Shown here piece by piece: positions 17,854 through 26,855 of a stretch of DNA of 64,000 nt. The stretch comes from an uncultured Lachnospiraceae bacterium (GTDB lineage: Bacteria > Bacillota > Clostridia > Lachnospirales > Lachnospiraceae): positions 416 through 64,415 of the forward strand of contig CAJTOK010000013.1 of the NCBI GenBank assembly GCA_910577825.1, given 5' to 3'. The notes beneath the pieces are model-generated. The model was not told the DNA's origin, ran no database searches, and saw nothing but the letters and a program-made list of their open reading frames with translations. Position 1 is the stretch's first letter, and each line of letters begins with the position of its first letter. A program made the position numbers and the translations under genes.

Positions 17854-19986
17854 TCAGTCCTGGTTCTCATTAAACCATTTTTCTAAAACTGGCTTGTCCC
17901 TGCCAATTACATAGCCGCTTCCGCCCCTTCCCTTTACATCTTCCACCATGCTTACAATAAGAATGGGTTTCTTTTCATTATCGGGGGTAAGAACAGCAAA
18001 CCATCCTAATTCCGTACCAGATGTATCCTCTTTTGACGCTTTGATTTCTGCTGTTCCCGTTTTTCCTGCTAATGTAACGTCTTTACGGTGTGCTGCATAT
18101 CCTGTGCCATTCGGGTTATTTACTACTTTTATTATCCCATCCAATACTTTCTTTGAAGTTTTTTTAGAAAATGCACCAGGAATCCAGTATTCTGGTTCTG
18201 CCTTGTTTTTATATAACAAGTATGGCTTTATTATATTTCCATCATTACAAAAAGCACTGTAAATACACGCCATATGTAATGGATTCATTAAAACCTGCCC
18301 CTGCCCGTATCCGCTATCAGCCAGCTGTATCTCACTTTCTATATGTCCTGTATTAGAATAACTGGATTTTCCCATTTTTATTTCAAATGGCATCTCCCCA
18401 TTAAAACCAATGCCGGATAATGCCCGTTCCATTTCTTTTGCACCGATTTTTAATGCTGCTTTTGCAAAATAAATATTATCTGAATAAACCAGTGCATTCT
18501 CTAATATAACAGGCTTATATGTATGTAGCGTAGTAATATAATATGTCCCCCATGATTTATCTTTCTGCCAGCTAAGCCCTTCACTGCCAAAATCTTCCGC
18601 TGCACTAATAACCCCGGATTGAAGCCCGGCTGCTGCTACAACAGGTTTAAAAGCAGAACCAGGACACCATGTCTGCCTGAAACGGTTATATAAAGGTTTA
18701 TTATCATTTTCATTTAATGCCTTCCACTGTTTCCCGGACATTCCCATAATAAACATATTATTGTCATAAGACGGTGTACTGGCTAGCGCCAGTACCTCTC
18801 CTGTATACGGGTTAATAGAAACAGAACAGCTTTTGTCTTTTTTAAAACTCTCATACAGCCATGACTGGAGGTTTGCATCAATGGACAGCTTTATATTCTG
18901 GCCGTTCTGCACAGGAATACAGGCTAATTCCTTTTTTTCTTTCCCTTCTGGATTAATAATATAAATTCTGCATCCATTTTTCCCTTTTAATTCCTTTTCA
19001 AACAATCCTTCAATCCCGCTTTTTCCAATAACGCTGCTGCTTGTATATCCTTCACCCGCATGTTTCTCTAAATCCTCCGCTGTCACATTCTGCACATAAC
19101 CAACCAGATGCGCTGCCGCCTCCTTCAATGGATATTCCCTGGTTTCTGTATCAGAAATTATTATACCTGGAATGTTTAATAACTTTTTCTGGCGTTTATG
19201 CTCTTTTAATGTTTCCTTGTCTGCCCCATCAACAAGTAAACCAATATCCCTGGGTTTGGGAAGGGTCTTTACCGGTACGAATGAATCTTCCTTTACCCAC
19301 TTAGCTGACAGTATTTTTTCAATATCCTCTGGTTTCATTTCCAGTAACCTTGCAATCTTTTTAACCGCTTTCTTCTTATTGCCTAGTTTCCCCGGAACAA
19401 TCCCGGCTAAAGATGCAGCACCTTGTCCTGCAAGTACCCTTCCATTTCTGTCCAGTATATCCCCTCTCTTTGCCTGTGTTGTAGAAACCCTGACTTTATC
19501 AAGGGAATTAAGCTCTGGGAAAATCACAGAATCATTCCATGCCATTTTAAAACTGCCATCCTCCTCCAGAAAACTTGCTTCATTCCCAAAACTAATATTG
19601 CCTGCATCAGTGTCAAATGAAGTATTATACGTTACTGTTAACTTCTCCTTATTATAACCGGTAATGGTTATCTTCATATTTTCCATTCCAATTCCTTCAT
19701 AAATTGCAGAATTACGGGCAATAAAGTCTTTTTCACTGATGGCTTCCATGCTTTCTGCCGCCAGCATTCCATACATATCCCCATATCTTTTTTCAGAAAT
19801 ACAATCCATATATGCAAGTATGGCCTGCTGCAAAACCTGTTCTGGATTTTTCTGTTTCCCCGCCCAGTTTTTAATACATTTTGTTATTAAAATTAAACTT
19901 AATATAATTATTCCGCCAAGGAACACCATTAAAAGAAAAACAGGAACTATCCTTTTACTCTTTCTCTGGCTGGCTTTATGTTTCAT
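17854..19986 (-). CDS. class B penicillin-binding protein with MecA_N/NTF2-like N-terminal domain
   Basis: N-terminal TM anchor. The NTF2-like region (YMDCISEKRYGDMYGML...) resembles the PBP2a N-terminus. Transpeptidase motifs are SAFK, YSDN and KTGTA. Confidence 0.85.
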   Translation of the reverse strand: MKHKASQRKSKRIVPVFLLMVFLGGIIILSLILITKCIKNWAGKQKNPEQVLQQAILAYMDCISEKRYGDMYGMLAAESMEAISEKDFIARNSAIYEGIGMENMKITITGYNKEKLTVTYNTSFDTDAGNISFGNEASFLEEDGSFKMAWNDSVIFPELNSLDKVRVSTTQAKRGDILDRNGRVLAGQGAASLAGIVPGKLGNKKKAVKKIARLLEMKPEDIEKILSAKWVKEDSFVPVKTLPKPRDIGLLVDGADKETLKEHKRQKKLLNIPGIIISDTETREYPLKEAAAHLVGYVQNVTAEDLEKHAGEGYTSSSVIGKSGIEGLFEKELKGKNGCRIYIINPEGKEKKELACIPVQNGQNIKLSIDANLQSWLYESFKKDKSCSVSINPYTGEVLALASTPSYDNNMFIMGMSGKQWKALNENDNKPLYNRFRQTWCPGSAFKPVVAAAGLQSGVISAAEDFGSEGLSWQKDKSWGTYYITTLHTYKPVILENALVYSDNIYFAKAALKIGAKEMERALSGIGFNGEMPFEIKMGKSSYSNTGHIESEIQLADSGYGQGQVLMNPLHMACIYSAFCNDGNIIKPYLLYKNKAEPEYWIPGAFSKKTSKKVLDGIIKVVNNPNGTGYAAHRKDVTLAGKTGTAEIKASKEDTSGTELGWFAVLTPDNEKKPILIVSMVEDVKGRGGSGYVIGRDKPVLEKWFNENQD

Positions 19987-20234
19987 AATGCTTCACATTC
20001 CTTTCTTTTTATTCAGGCATAAATTGTTAAATCAAAATTTATAAATCCGGATGCTCTTCTTTTTATAGGATTTAATTAACTTTTTTGTTACTGGAACTAT
20101 GCACATCCTCACACTTTCACCATAGGCAAAGTATGGATAAATCCCTGTCCCGTCCCTGTAATATAAATCACTCGGGGGATTACTGCTATGGAATCCCTGC
20201 TTATTCTGGAATATATTATTATAAGCTTTCTTAC

Positions 20235-20429
20235 TTAATTTCTTATGCTTGCCCTGGCCACATCACACTCCGGGGGCTTATCTGTTTTATCAGGCACTTC
20301 TGGTATCTGCCCGTTTTTATTGTTTTTAACTGCCCCGCCGGTTTTTCCACAGGCAGATAACAGCACAAAACATAATACCAGGCATAAAACCAGTATTTTT
20401 CTAATCACAGCATACCACTCTCCCTTCAT
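20235..20429 (-). CDS. possible small lipoprotein
   Basis: 64-aa ORF with a hydrophobic leader and LLSAC lipobox. No other support. Confidence 0.3.
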   Translation of the reverse strand: MKGEWYAVIRKILVLCLVLCFVLLSACGKTGGAVKNNKNGQIPEVPDKTDKPPECDVARASIRN

Positions 20430-20563
20430 TATTTTTAATTATTACTTTTGTAAGATTTCATTCCAAAAAAATACTGTATAATATTAATATTACACTTGTA
20501 AGATTTATATGTCAAGCTTTTTATATATATTCTGCCAACAGATGCCAGATTATATATCATTTA

Positions 20564-21151
20564 CTAAGTAACCAGTAAAAACGGCTTATATACCAAAAAG
20601 AACACCAGTACAGCCACAATAATTACAGTTCCAATATAAAGAATTTTACTATATGCTTTTTTATAAAAAACAGCACCAAACAATAATCCAAAAGCAATAT
20701 CAAATATTGTTTGCGCTAACAACATATGCCTGTTGTACAATATAACCAGACATGCAGCAGCCTCTGCTAACATTCCACTTGTGGGCAGGGCATACAGAAA
20801 TGAATTGAATACATTATGCCTGTTCCAAAAATACAAAATAAAACTGCCAATACCACAAATAACTGATAAAACAAAATATACAATAAATAAGTCCGTCTGG
20901 AACTGCCCTTCATTTGAAAATTTTGATATATAAAAACCCAATATGTATTTCAGTCCATAAAAACATAGTGTCATGCCGGACATATAAAGAAATGAATTGA
21001 TAAATGCACCTTTATTTGATGAACTCAGGCATGTAATAATACCCACACTTGCAATCCAGAATCCAAAAAGAGTTGCTATTGATGGCAAACTCCACAAACT
21101 TTCTTCATATGGCAAAAAATCCGTAAGCCGGCATAGAATACCAGCGCCCAT
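20564..21151 (-). CDS. hypothetical polytopic membrane protein
   Basis: 195 aa, about six hydrophobic segments, no recognised motif. Confidence 0.5.
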   Translation of the reverse strand: MGAGILCRLTDFLPYEESLWSLPSIATLFGFWIASVGIITCLSSSNKGAFINSFLYMSGMTLCFYGLKYILGFYISKFSNEGQFQTDLFIVYFVLSVICGIGSFILYFWNRHNVFNSFLYALPTSGMLAEAAACLVILYNRHMLLAQTIFDIAFGLLFGAVFYKKAYSKILYIGTVIIVAVLVFFLVYKPFLLVT

Positions 21152-21394
21152 GCCTATTAGGAATAATGTAAAATATGATTTTTTATTATCACTTATTTTT
21201 ATGGCTTGTTACCTCCATAACTGCCCATTTGCCGGGTTGTTTAACGTTAGTATCTTACCATAAACCCATATACACTTCCAATTAAATTTTCCTTAAAATT
21301 TCCTTTTCCCTGTTCTTTGCCATTATCATCTGCCTGCCATTCCTGCACCCGTTTCTGGACTCCGCCTTTGGATTTATAAATTAAAGGACAGAAA

Positions 21395-22480
21395 TTAACC
21401 CTTCCTGTCAAAATAAAAAGTAAGATAGTTATTTGCTGACTCATCAGTTAAACCATATTCCTTTTTTATAAATTTAATAGCATTATCTGTATTCCACCCC
21501 AGACCAAACAGGGTATTAATAGTACCTAAAAGTTCACCTTCCGTCCGGCCACGTTCCAATCCTTCTTTCCGGCCTTCTGCCAGACCTTCTGCCAGACCTT
21601 CTGCCAGACCTTCTGCCAGACCTTCTGCCCGGCCTTCTGCCAGACCCTCTGCCCGGCTTTCCGCCCGTTCACGTTCCATTTCTGTTAAATATGCAGCCAT
21701 TTCTGTCATCTCCTTTTTATATCTATCTACAATTAATTTAAATCTGGCATCATGTTTTTGTTCAAATCTTATATCATCAAACTGCCCTGCAAACATCAAA
21801 GACAAAAATTCTACAATATCTTCTAAACCACTGCCAACTTTCTTTTCTGTTAAGATTTTCTTATCTATACAGATAAAAATTATATTAAACATCTGGGTTA
21901 TTTCATCCATCCTTATAACAGGCTTCCTGCTGCGGTCTATGGTATTATTGCTTGTGTTTGTTATTTGGTATTTTAATACCTTATTAGCCAGGCTTCCGCC
22001 TTCTACTAATGTAATCCAGATACTGTAGACAGGCATAATCCCGTCATATCCCGTATCTCTGGAAACTACTTTAATCTGGTCACTAACCATTCTTGAAGCA
22101 TAATACAGGCCTCTCTTAGACAATACATACTCAGTATAAAACTTCCTTTGCATTTCTAAATCAAGTTTAATCTGTACAAAGTTGTAAAGTAACGTTTTCT
22201 GCAAATCTTCTGGAATTGCTATAGTAACCAATATATCATACTTTATATCTGCCTCACCATATGCAGGGCTTTCAGCTCCAACTTGTATACTGCTGGCATT
22301 AACATCATACATTAACTCCTCAATACAGCTAACCGTACATGAACTATAAATATCTATAGTTTCTTTTATGATAATGGCAAGTATTCTTTTTATACTGAAA
22401 ACCCTTTTAAAATGGGCGTCATATGTCATATCACCAAATCCCGGTGAAAGTTCTGTACCATTTATTTCTTTTGAATACAT
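21395..22480 (-). CDS. Rpn-family recombination-promoting nuclease / PD-(D/E)XK putative transposase
   Basis: N-terminal D..FKRVF, a D...LDLEMQ core typical of this family, and a C-terminal (AEGL/AEGR)n repeat tail. Confidence 0.7.
   Translation of the reverse strand: MYSKEINGTELSPGFGDMTYDAHFKRVFSIKRILAIIIKETIDIYSSCTVSCIEELMYDVNASSIQVGAESPAYGEADIKYDILVTIAIPEDLQKTLLYNFVQIKLDLEMQRKFYTEYVLSKRGLYYASRMVSDQIKVVSRDTGYDGIMPVYSIWITLVEGGSLANKVLKYQITNTSNNTIDRSRKPVIRMDEITQMFNIIFICIDKKILTEKKVGSGLEDIVEFLSLMFAGQFDDIRFEQKHDARFKLIVDRYKKEMTEMAAYLTEMERERAESRAEGLAEGRAEGLAEGLAEGLAEGLAEGRKEGLERGRTEGELLGTINTLFGLGWNTDNAIKFIKKEYGLTDESANNYLTFYFDRKG
21547..21666 (-). repeat. about ten tandem 12-bp units (GACCTTCTGCCA on the plus strand) inside the Rpn gene
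   Basis: Four identical consecutive units at 21583..21618 flanked by degenerate units. In frame, encoding AEGLAEGRAEGLAEGLAEGL... Confidence 0.9.
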
Positions 22481-22664
22481 TTAAACTGTTCCCTGCCTCC
22501 TTTGTTCTGCTTATATATTATACCATAACTAAACGTCCTTGTCACTTTATTTTTATATCAGACATGTACATTATAAAAATCTATATACAAAGATGCTTTT
22601 TCATGCCGCTGTACCCTTGCACCTATGCCATTCATAACAGCTTCAACTTCCCTTTTGCCAGCCA

Positions 22665-22940
22665 TTACAGCAAATCACGGTTATCCACACTGTCCATATC
22701 ACCAAAGTCCTGGTTTTCACCAGCCATGCCCCAGATAAAAGTATAAGCCTGTGTACCACTTCCTGCATGGACTGACCAGCTTGGTGATATCACTGCCTGT
22801 TCATTCCTTATAATGATATGCCTTGTTTCCTGCGGCTTTCCCATATAGTGCATTACATATGCGTCTTCTGGAAGATTAAAATATAAATATACTTCCATCC
22901 TTCTGTCATGTGTATGGCAAGGCATTGTATTCCATACACT
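22665..22940 (-). pseudogene. kduI: 3' fragment of kduI (5-dehydro-4-deoxy-D-glucuronate isomerase), about the last 92 codons
   Basis: [21 protein letters not shown]...[30 protein letters not shown] matches the C-terminal third of KduI. There is no upstream KduI sequence; the frame runs into kduD-derived DNA. Confidence 0.8.
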
Positions 22941-23514
22941 ATTCCGACGCCATATTTTTTGTAAGCATTTTAAGTCCGCCTTTTGCTGCTGCATAAGCAG
23001 ACACCGTTTCTCTTCCAAGCTCACTCATCATAGAACAGACATTGATAATCTTACCGGCACCCTTTTTAACCATCCCTGGCAATACTGCCTTTGACATAAT
23101 AAATGGTGCAGCCAGGTTAATGCCAGCCACTTCCATAAATTCCTCTGTTTTCATCTCCGTCATTGGGATTCTTTTGATAATCCCTGCATTATTTACAAGA
23201 ATATCAACTGTGCCAGACTTTTCCTCTATATCAGAAACCATATCCATGACTGCTTTTTCATCTGTAACATCACAGATATATCCAGACGCATTAATCCCTT
23301 TTCTTTTATATTCTTCCAATGCTGTTTCAAGATGCTCCCTGCTCCTGCAATTAAACACAATTTTTGCCCCTGCTTTTGCCAATGCCTCTGCAATAGCAAA
23401 CCCTATGCCGTAAGCTGCACCTGTAACTAATGCAACTTTGCCATCTAATGAATATAAACTGTTTATAAATCCACTGTCCATAATAATCCCCCATGCCGCC
23501 TTTAGGCGGCACAA
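22939..23514 (-). pseudogene. kduD: 3'-truncated SDR gene (KduD / gluconate 5-dehydrogenase type), first ~190 codons
   Basis: VTGAAYGIGFAIA, NNAG, YAAAKGG...LTKNMASE, then TAG exactly where the kduI-homologous sequence begins. About 65-70 C-terminal residues are missing. Confidence 0.8.
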
Positions 23515-23578
23515 ATAGCAAAACGGGTAAACCCGTTTGTGAAAAATGCTGGTTTTGCATTTTTCCTGTGTGAAATTT

Positions 23579-23640
23579 AATATATCTTAGGTAGTGTTTT
23601 TTGCTGCCTTAGATATATTTTTCACACTAACCTCATTTCT
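23579..23640 (+). repeat. copy A of a conserved hairpin element (13-bp stem, 15-nt loop, conserved 3' tail)
   Basis: AATATATCTTAGG / CCTTAGATATATT stem, loop TAGTGTTTTTTGCTG, tail TTTTTCACACTAACCTCATTTCT. Closely resembles 55789..55850. Confidence 0.7.
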
Positions 23641-23658
23641 GCATATGTATATATGCTT

Positions 23659-24798
23659 TCAGTCAGCTGCACGGTCACAGCATATATTTTTACCACTCCA
23701 TATTTTCTTTGCTGTCCATTCCATATCAGGCCTGCTCCAGAAATCATGGCTTTCTGGCAGTCCCAATGCTAAAAAGACACTTTCGCAAAGATAAAGGCTG
23801 CCAGCACATATGTATTCTTCTGCCAAATCCGGCTGGTGTCCGTATACCCCCGACAAAAGCCAGCCATTGCCATCAAAGATATCTTCATTCTCCATAACCT
23901 TATGAATCACCGCATCTAACGCACACCGCACCTGTGGGAAAGGCAGATGTCCTGGTAAAAATCCCTGCAGTGCTGCCTGTGATAACAACTGGAAAGCTCC
24001 AAAACGGTATGTAACAGAACGTCCGATAACAGGATAGCTCCCGTCAGAGTTAATCATTCTCTCCAAAATATCCGCATATCTGGCAGAACGTTTCTCACAG
24101 ATTTCCAGCAAGTCTGCATAATCATTTCTTACTGGTATAAATGTGCGCAGCACATCCAGATACATTGGATGAATCACAAAACTGTTGTAATAATCCCAAT
24201 GGAAATTAGGGCCATCCCCGTATGTGCCGTCCCCGAGATACCAGTTTTTATACATATTTACCGCATAATCCGCCCTCGTCATATCATAATCTTTTTCGCC
24301 CATCACATACAAAGCTGCCTCAACCATTGCAGAAAAGAAAAGCCAGTTACATACAAAGGGCGTGAACTTCCTTGTAGCCCTTAACGCATTTGCAAGGTTA
24401 ATCTTTGTATCTTCATCAAGTAACTGGTATAACTGTTTTGGCGCCCTGACAATACCATGTGCCAGAAATGCCGCATCCACAAGAGCCTGCCCATAACCAT
24501 CTGTAAAATTCATATAATCCCGGGATTCTGGATTTACTGCAGACCGGACTGCTTCCCTTGTATACTTACGGTATTTATCCTGCAGTTCCTTTTCTTCCCC
24601 TTGCAGTCCTTCTAACTCAAGCCATGGTGCAATTCCACAGGCCGTCCTTCCAAATGCCTCTAAATACATATACTCCTTCCGTCCAGGATGGAATACAGCA
24701 GGCATATTTTTCTTCAGTGTGCCCCCGGCAAGATTAACAAGGACTGGCTCTGCAATCCGTATCATTGTATCAATCCAGTATCTTCTCGTGGCATTCAT
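23659..24798 (-). CDS. DUF2264 domain-containing protein
   Basis: 379 aa. The N-terminal RRYWIDTMIRIAEPVL pattern and the position next to a GH88 gene fit DUF2264 as I recall it. Confidence 0.65.
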   Translation of the reverse strand: MNATRRYWIDTMIRIAEPVLVNLAGGTLKKNMPAVFHPGRKEYMYLEAFGRTACGIAPWLELEGLQGEEKELQDKYRKYTREAVRSAVNPESRDYMNFTDGYGQALVDAAFLAHGIVRAPKQLYQLLDEDTKINLANALRATRKFTPFVCNWLFFSAMVEAALYVMGEKDYDMTRADYAVNMYKNWYLGDGTYGDGPNFHWDYYNSFVIHPMYLDVLRTFIPVRNDYADLLEICEKRSARYADILERMINSDGSYPVIGRSVTYRFGAFQLLSQAALQGFLPGHLPFPQVRCALDAVIHKVMENEDIFDGNGWLLSGVYGHQPDLAEEYICAGSLYLCESVFLALGLPESHDFWSRPDMEWTAKKIWSGKNICCDRAAD

Positions 24799-24810
24799 TA
24801 CAACACCTCC

Positions 24811-25935
24811 TTACCATAGAAATAATTCCTTACCACATAATTTAAAAACTGCCTCTGTAAAATAATAGTCGCCATACACCATAGGGAAATTGTGTTTGTC
24901 ATCATGGTATGCAACAGAACAATTTTCAATTATATAGTCCACATCTGTATCCCAGTTACTTCTGTTCTCTTCCAGCGTTTTCAGTAACTTCATTGCTGTT
25001 TTATGGAAAAATCCTTTTTCTTCTTCCGTTACATGTGTTTCAATCTCAAGCATTCCGCAGGCAGCTATTGCGGCAGCAGAAGAATCTTCCCATCCAAGTT
25101 CTTTATCCTGGCAGAAGTCAACAGGTATAATCCCGTTTCCAGGAATACATGATTCAAAATATACTGCCGCTTTTTTTGCAGTTTCCAGATATTTTTCAAT
25201 CCTTGTATGCCTGTAGCTTAAAGCAAAGCCATATACAGCCCATGCCTGTCCCCTTGTCCATGATGAGCCTGTTTCCATGCCCTGTCCGCCCAAAGTGCCT
25301 TTTATTTTGCCAGTATCCACATCAAACTGCACAATATGGCTGGCTGAGCCGTTTTCACGTATAAATGCCTTTACTGCTGTATCTGCATGGGCTTTTGCTA
25401 TCTGTGTAAACCTTGGGTCATTCGTTTCTTGCCCTGCCCAGTATAAAAGCGGAAGATTCATCATACAGTCAATAATTGCCCAGCCTGCTGTATCTCCGTT
25501 CCCTTTATCATTCCATGCACGTATAAACCTGCCTGCAAGATTGAAACGTCCTACAAGATTAGCGGCTGCCAGCAGGGCTCTGTTTTTTGAACGTGCACTT
25601 CCTGTTTTTTTATAATTTGCAACTGCTGTAAGAAGCCATTTAAAACCGCTGTCATGGTCCATTCCCATATAATCTGCCAGGCCCTGGTCAAGTTTATCCT
25701 CAATATTTTTTGCAGCCTGGCGGAAAATCCCATCGCCATACGCATGATATAATTGCCATAACTGCCCGCCATAAAAACCGTTTGTCCACCAGCTTATCCT
25801 GTCTGACCAGTCATCAAAAATGCCATCTGCTGCCAGGTAGGGAATCTTATCCCTGTTCCGCATAACTGACATTTTCATCTTTTCATAAATCTTATCTGCC
25901 ACCCTGCCCGCCCAGGCATAATCATCATTCCCCAT
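24811..25935 (-). CDS. glycoside hydrolase family 88 (unsaturated glucuronyl hydrolase type)
   Basis: WTNGFYGGQLWQLY, DHDSGF, SWTRGQAWAVYGF motifs typical of GH88. ATG at 25935 follows GGAGG. Confidence 0.8.
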   Translation of the reverse strand: MGNDDYAWAGRVADKIYEKMKMSVMRNRDKIPYLAADGIFDDWSDRISWWTNGFYGGQLWQLYHAYGDGIFRQAAKNIEDKLDQGLADYMGMDHDSGFKWLLTAVANYKKTGSARSKNRALLAAANLVGRFNLAGRFIRAWNDKGNGDTAGWAIIDCMMNLPLLYWAGQETNDPRFTQIAKAHADTAVKAFIRENGSASHIVQFDVDTGKIKGTLGGQGMETGSSWTRGQAWAVYGFALSYRHTRIEKYLETAKKAAVYFESCIPGNGIIPVDFCQDKELGWEDSSAAAIAACGMLEIETHVTEEEKGFFHKTAMKLLKTLEENRSNWDTDVDYIIENCSVAYHDDKHNFPMVYGDYYFTEAVFKLCGKELFLW

Positions 25936-26072
25936 AATAACCTCCAAACCATAATAGAATTTTACTGCTTTTTTCATATTAGACATTTTAAACTATTGAT
26001 TTAAAAAAGATAATACCCTATACTATTATATACTAACATTTTTAACTATTTTATTATGGAGGTTGTACTATA

Positions 26073-26855
26073 ATGTTTTCTGTTATACGTGGCGGCTGTT
26101 TTTCAAGACATTCACCAGGCTTTATTATGGAACGTCCCCATGGCGTTCCTTATTACGTCCTGCTTATCATTAAAACATATGCTGAACTGGAAATTGAAGG
26201 TGTACACAGGATTTGCAAGCCAGACAGTGCCCTGCTTATAAAACCTGGCACACCCTATTCTTATAAAAACCCAGATGGCGTATACGCTGATGACTGGATA
26301 CATTTCACCTGTACCAGTGAAGATTTGTCCAGATATGGCACTGCAATATTTCATACCGGGTTTCCTATAAATAACACAAGAGTCCTTACTACATATATAC
26401 GTCAAATGTTATGGGAAAGCCATTTTTCGGTTTCCCCGTCCAAAGAGGCATATGTAGACACCCTTTTCCAGCTGCTTTTAAACCATATATACGAAGATTT
26501 TAATACAAACACAATAGAAGAATATAATCCTTACAGATACAAGCTGCAAAGGCTAAGGCTTGAAATACAGGCTTAACCATACAGGAAATATACGGCAAAA
26601 GAAATTGCATCCGGCTTAAAAACCAGTACCTCATACTTCCAGTACCTGTATAAATCGTTTTTTGGCATATCATTTCATGCTGATATTATAAATATGAGAA
26701 TTGAATACTCAAAAGAATTAATTACGGCTACTGATTTGCCACTTGGACAGATAGCATACACTTCCGGCTATTCCAGTGAAGTCCATTTTTACAGGCAGTT
26801 CCTGGCTAAAACAGGCATGACACCTGGAGAATACCGGAATACGTATTTAACGTAA
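26073..26855 (+). pseudogene. AraC family regulator interrupted by an in-frame TAA
   Basis: A single 261-codon frame. A cupin-like N-terminal half ends at TAA 26574..26576. The same frame continues PYRKYTAKEIASGLKTSTSYFQYLYKSFFGISF...GYSSEVHFYRQFLAKTGMTPGEYR (AraC HTH) to TAA at 26853..26855. Confidence 0.8.

Noticed and set aside
21247-21444. 65-aa ORF downstream of and overlapping the Rpn gene end
   Set aside because: It starts inside the Rpn coding region, has no RBS, and has no recognisable similarity.
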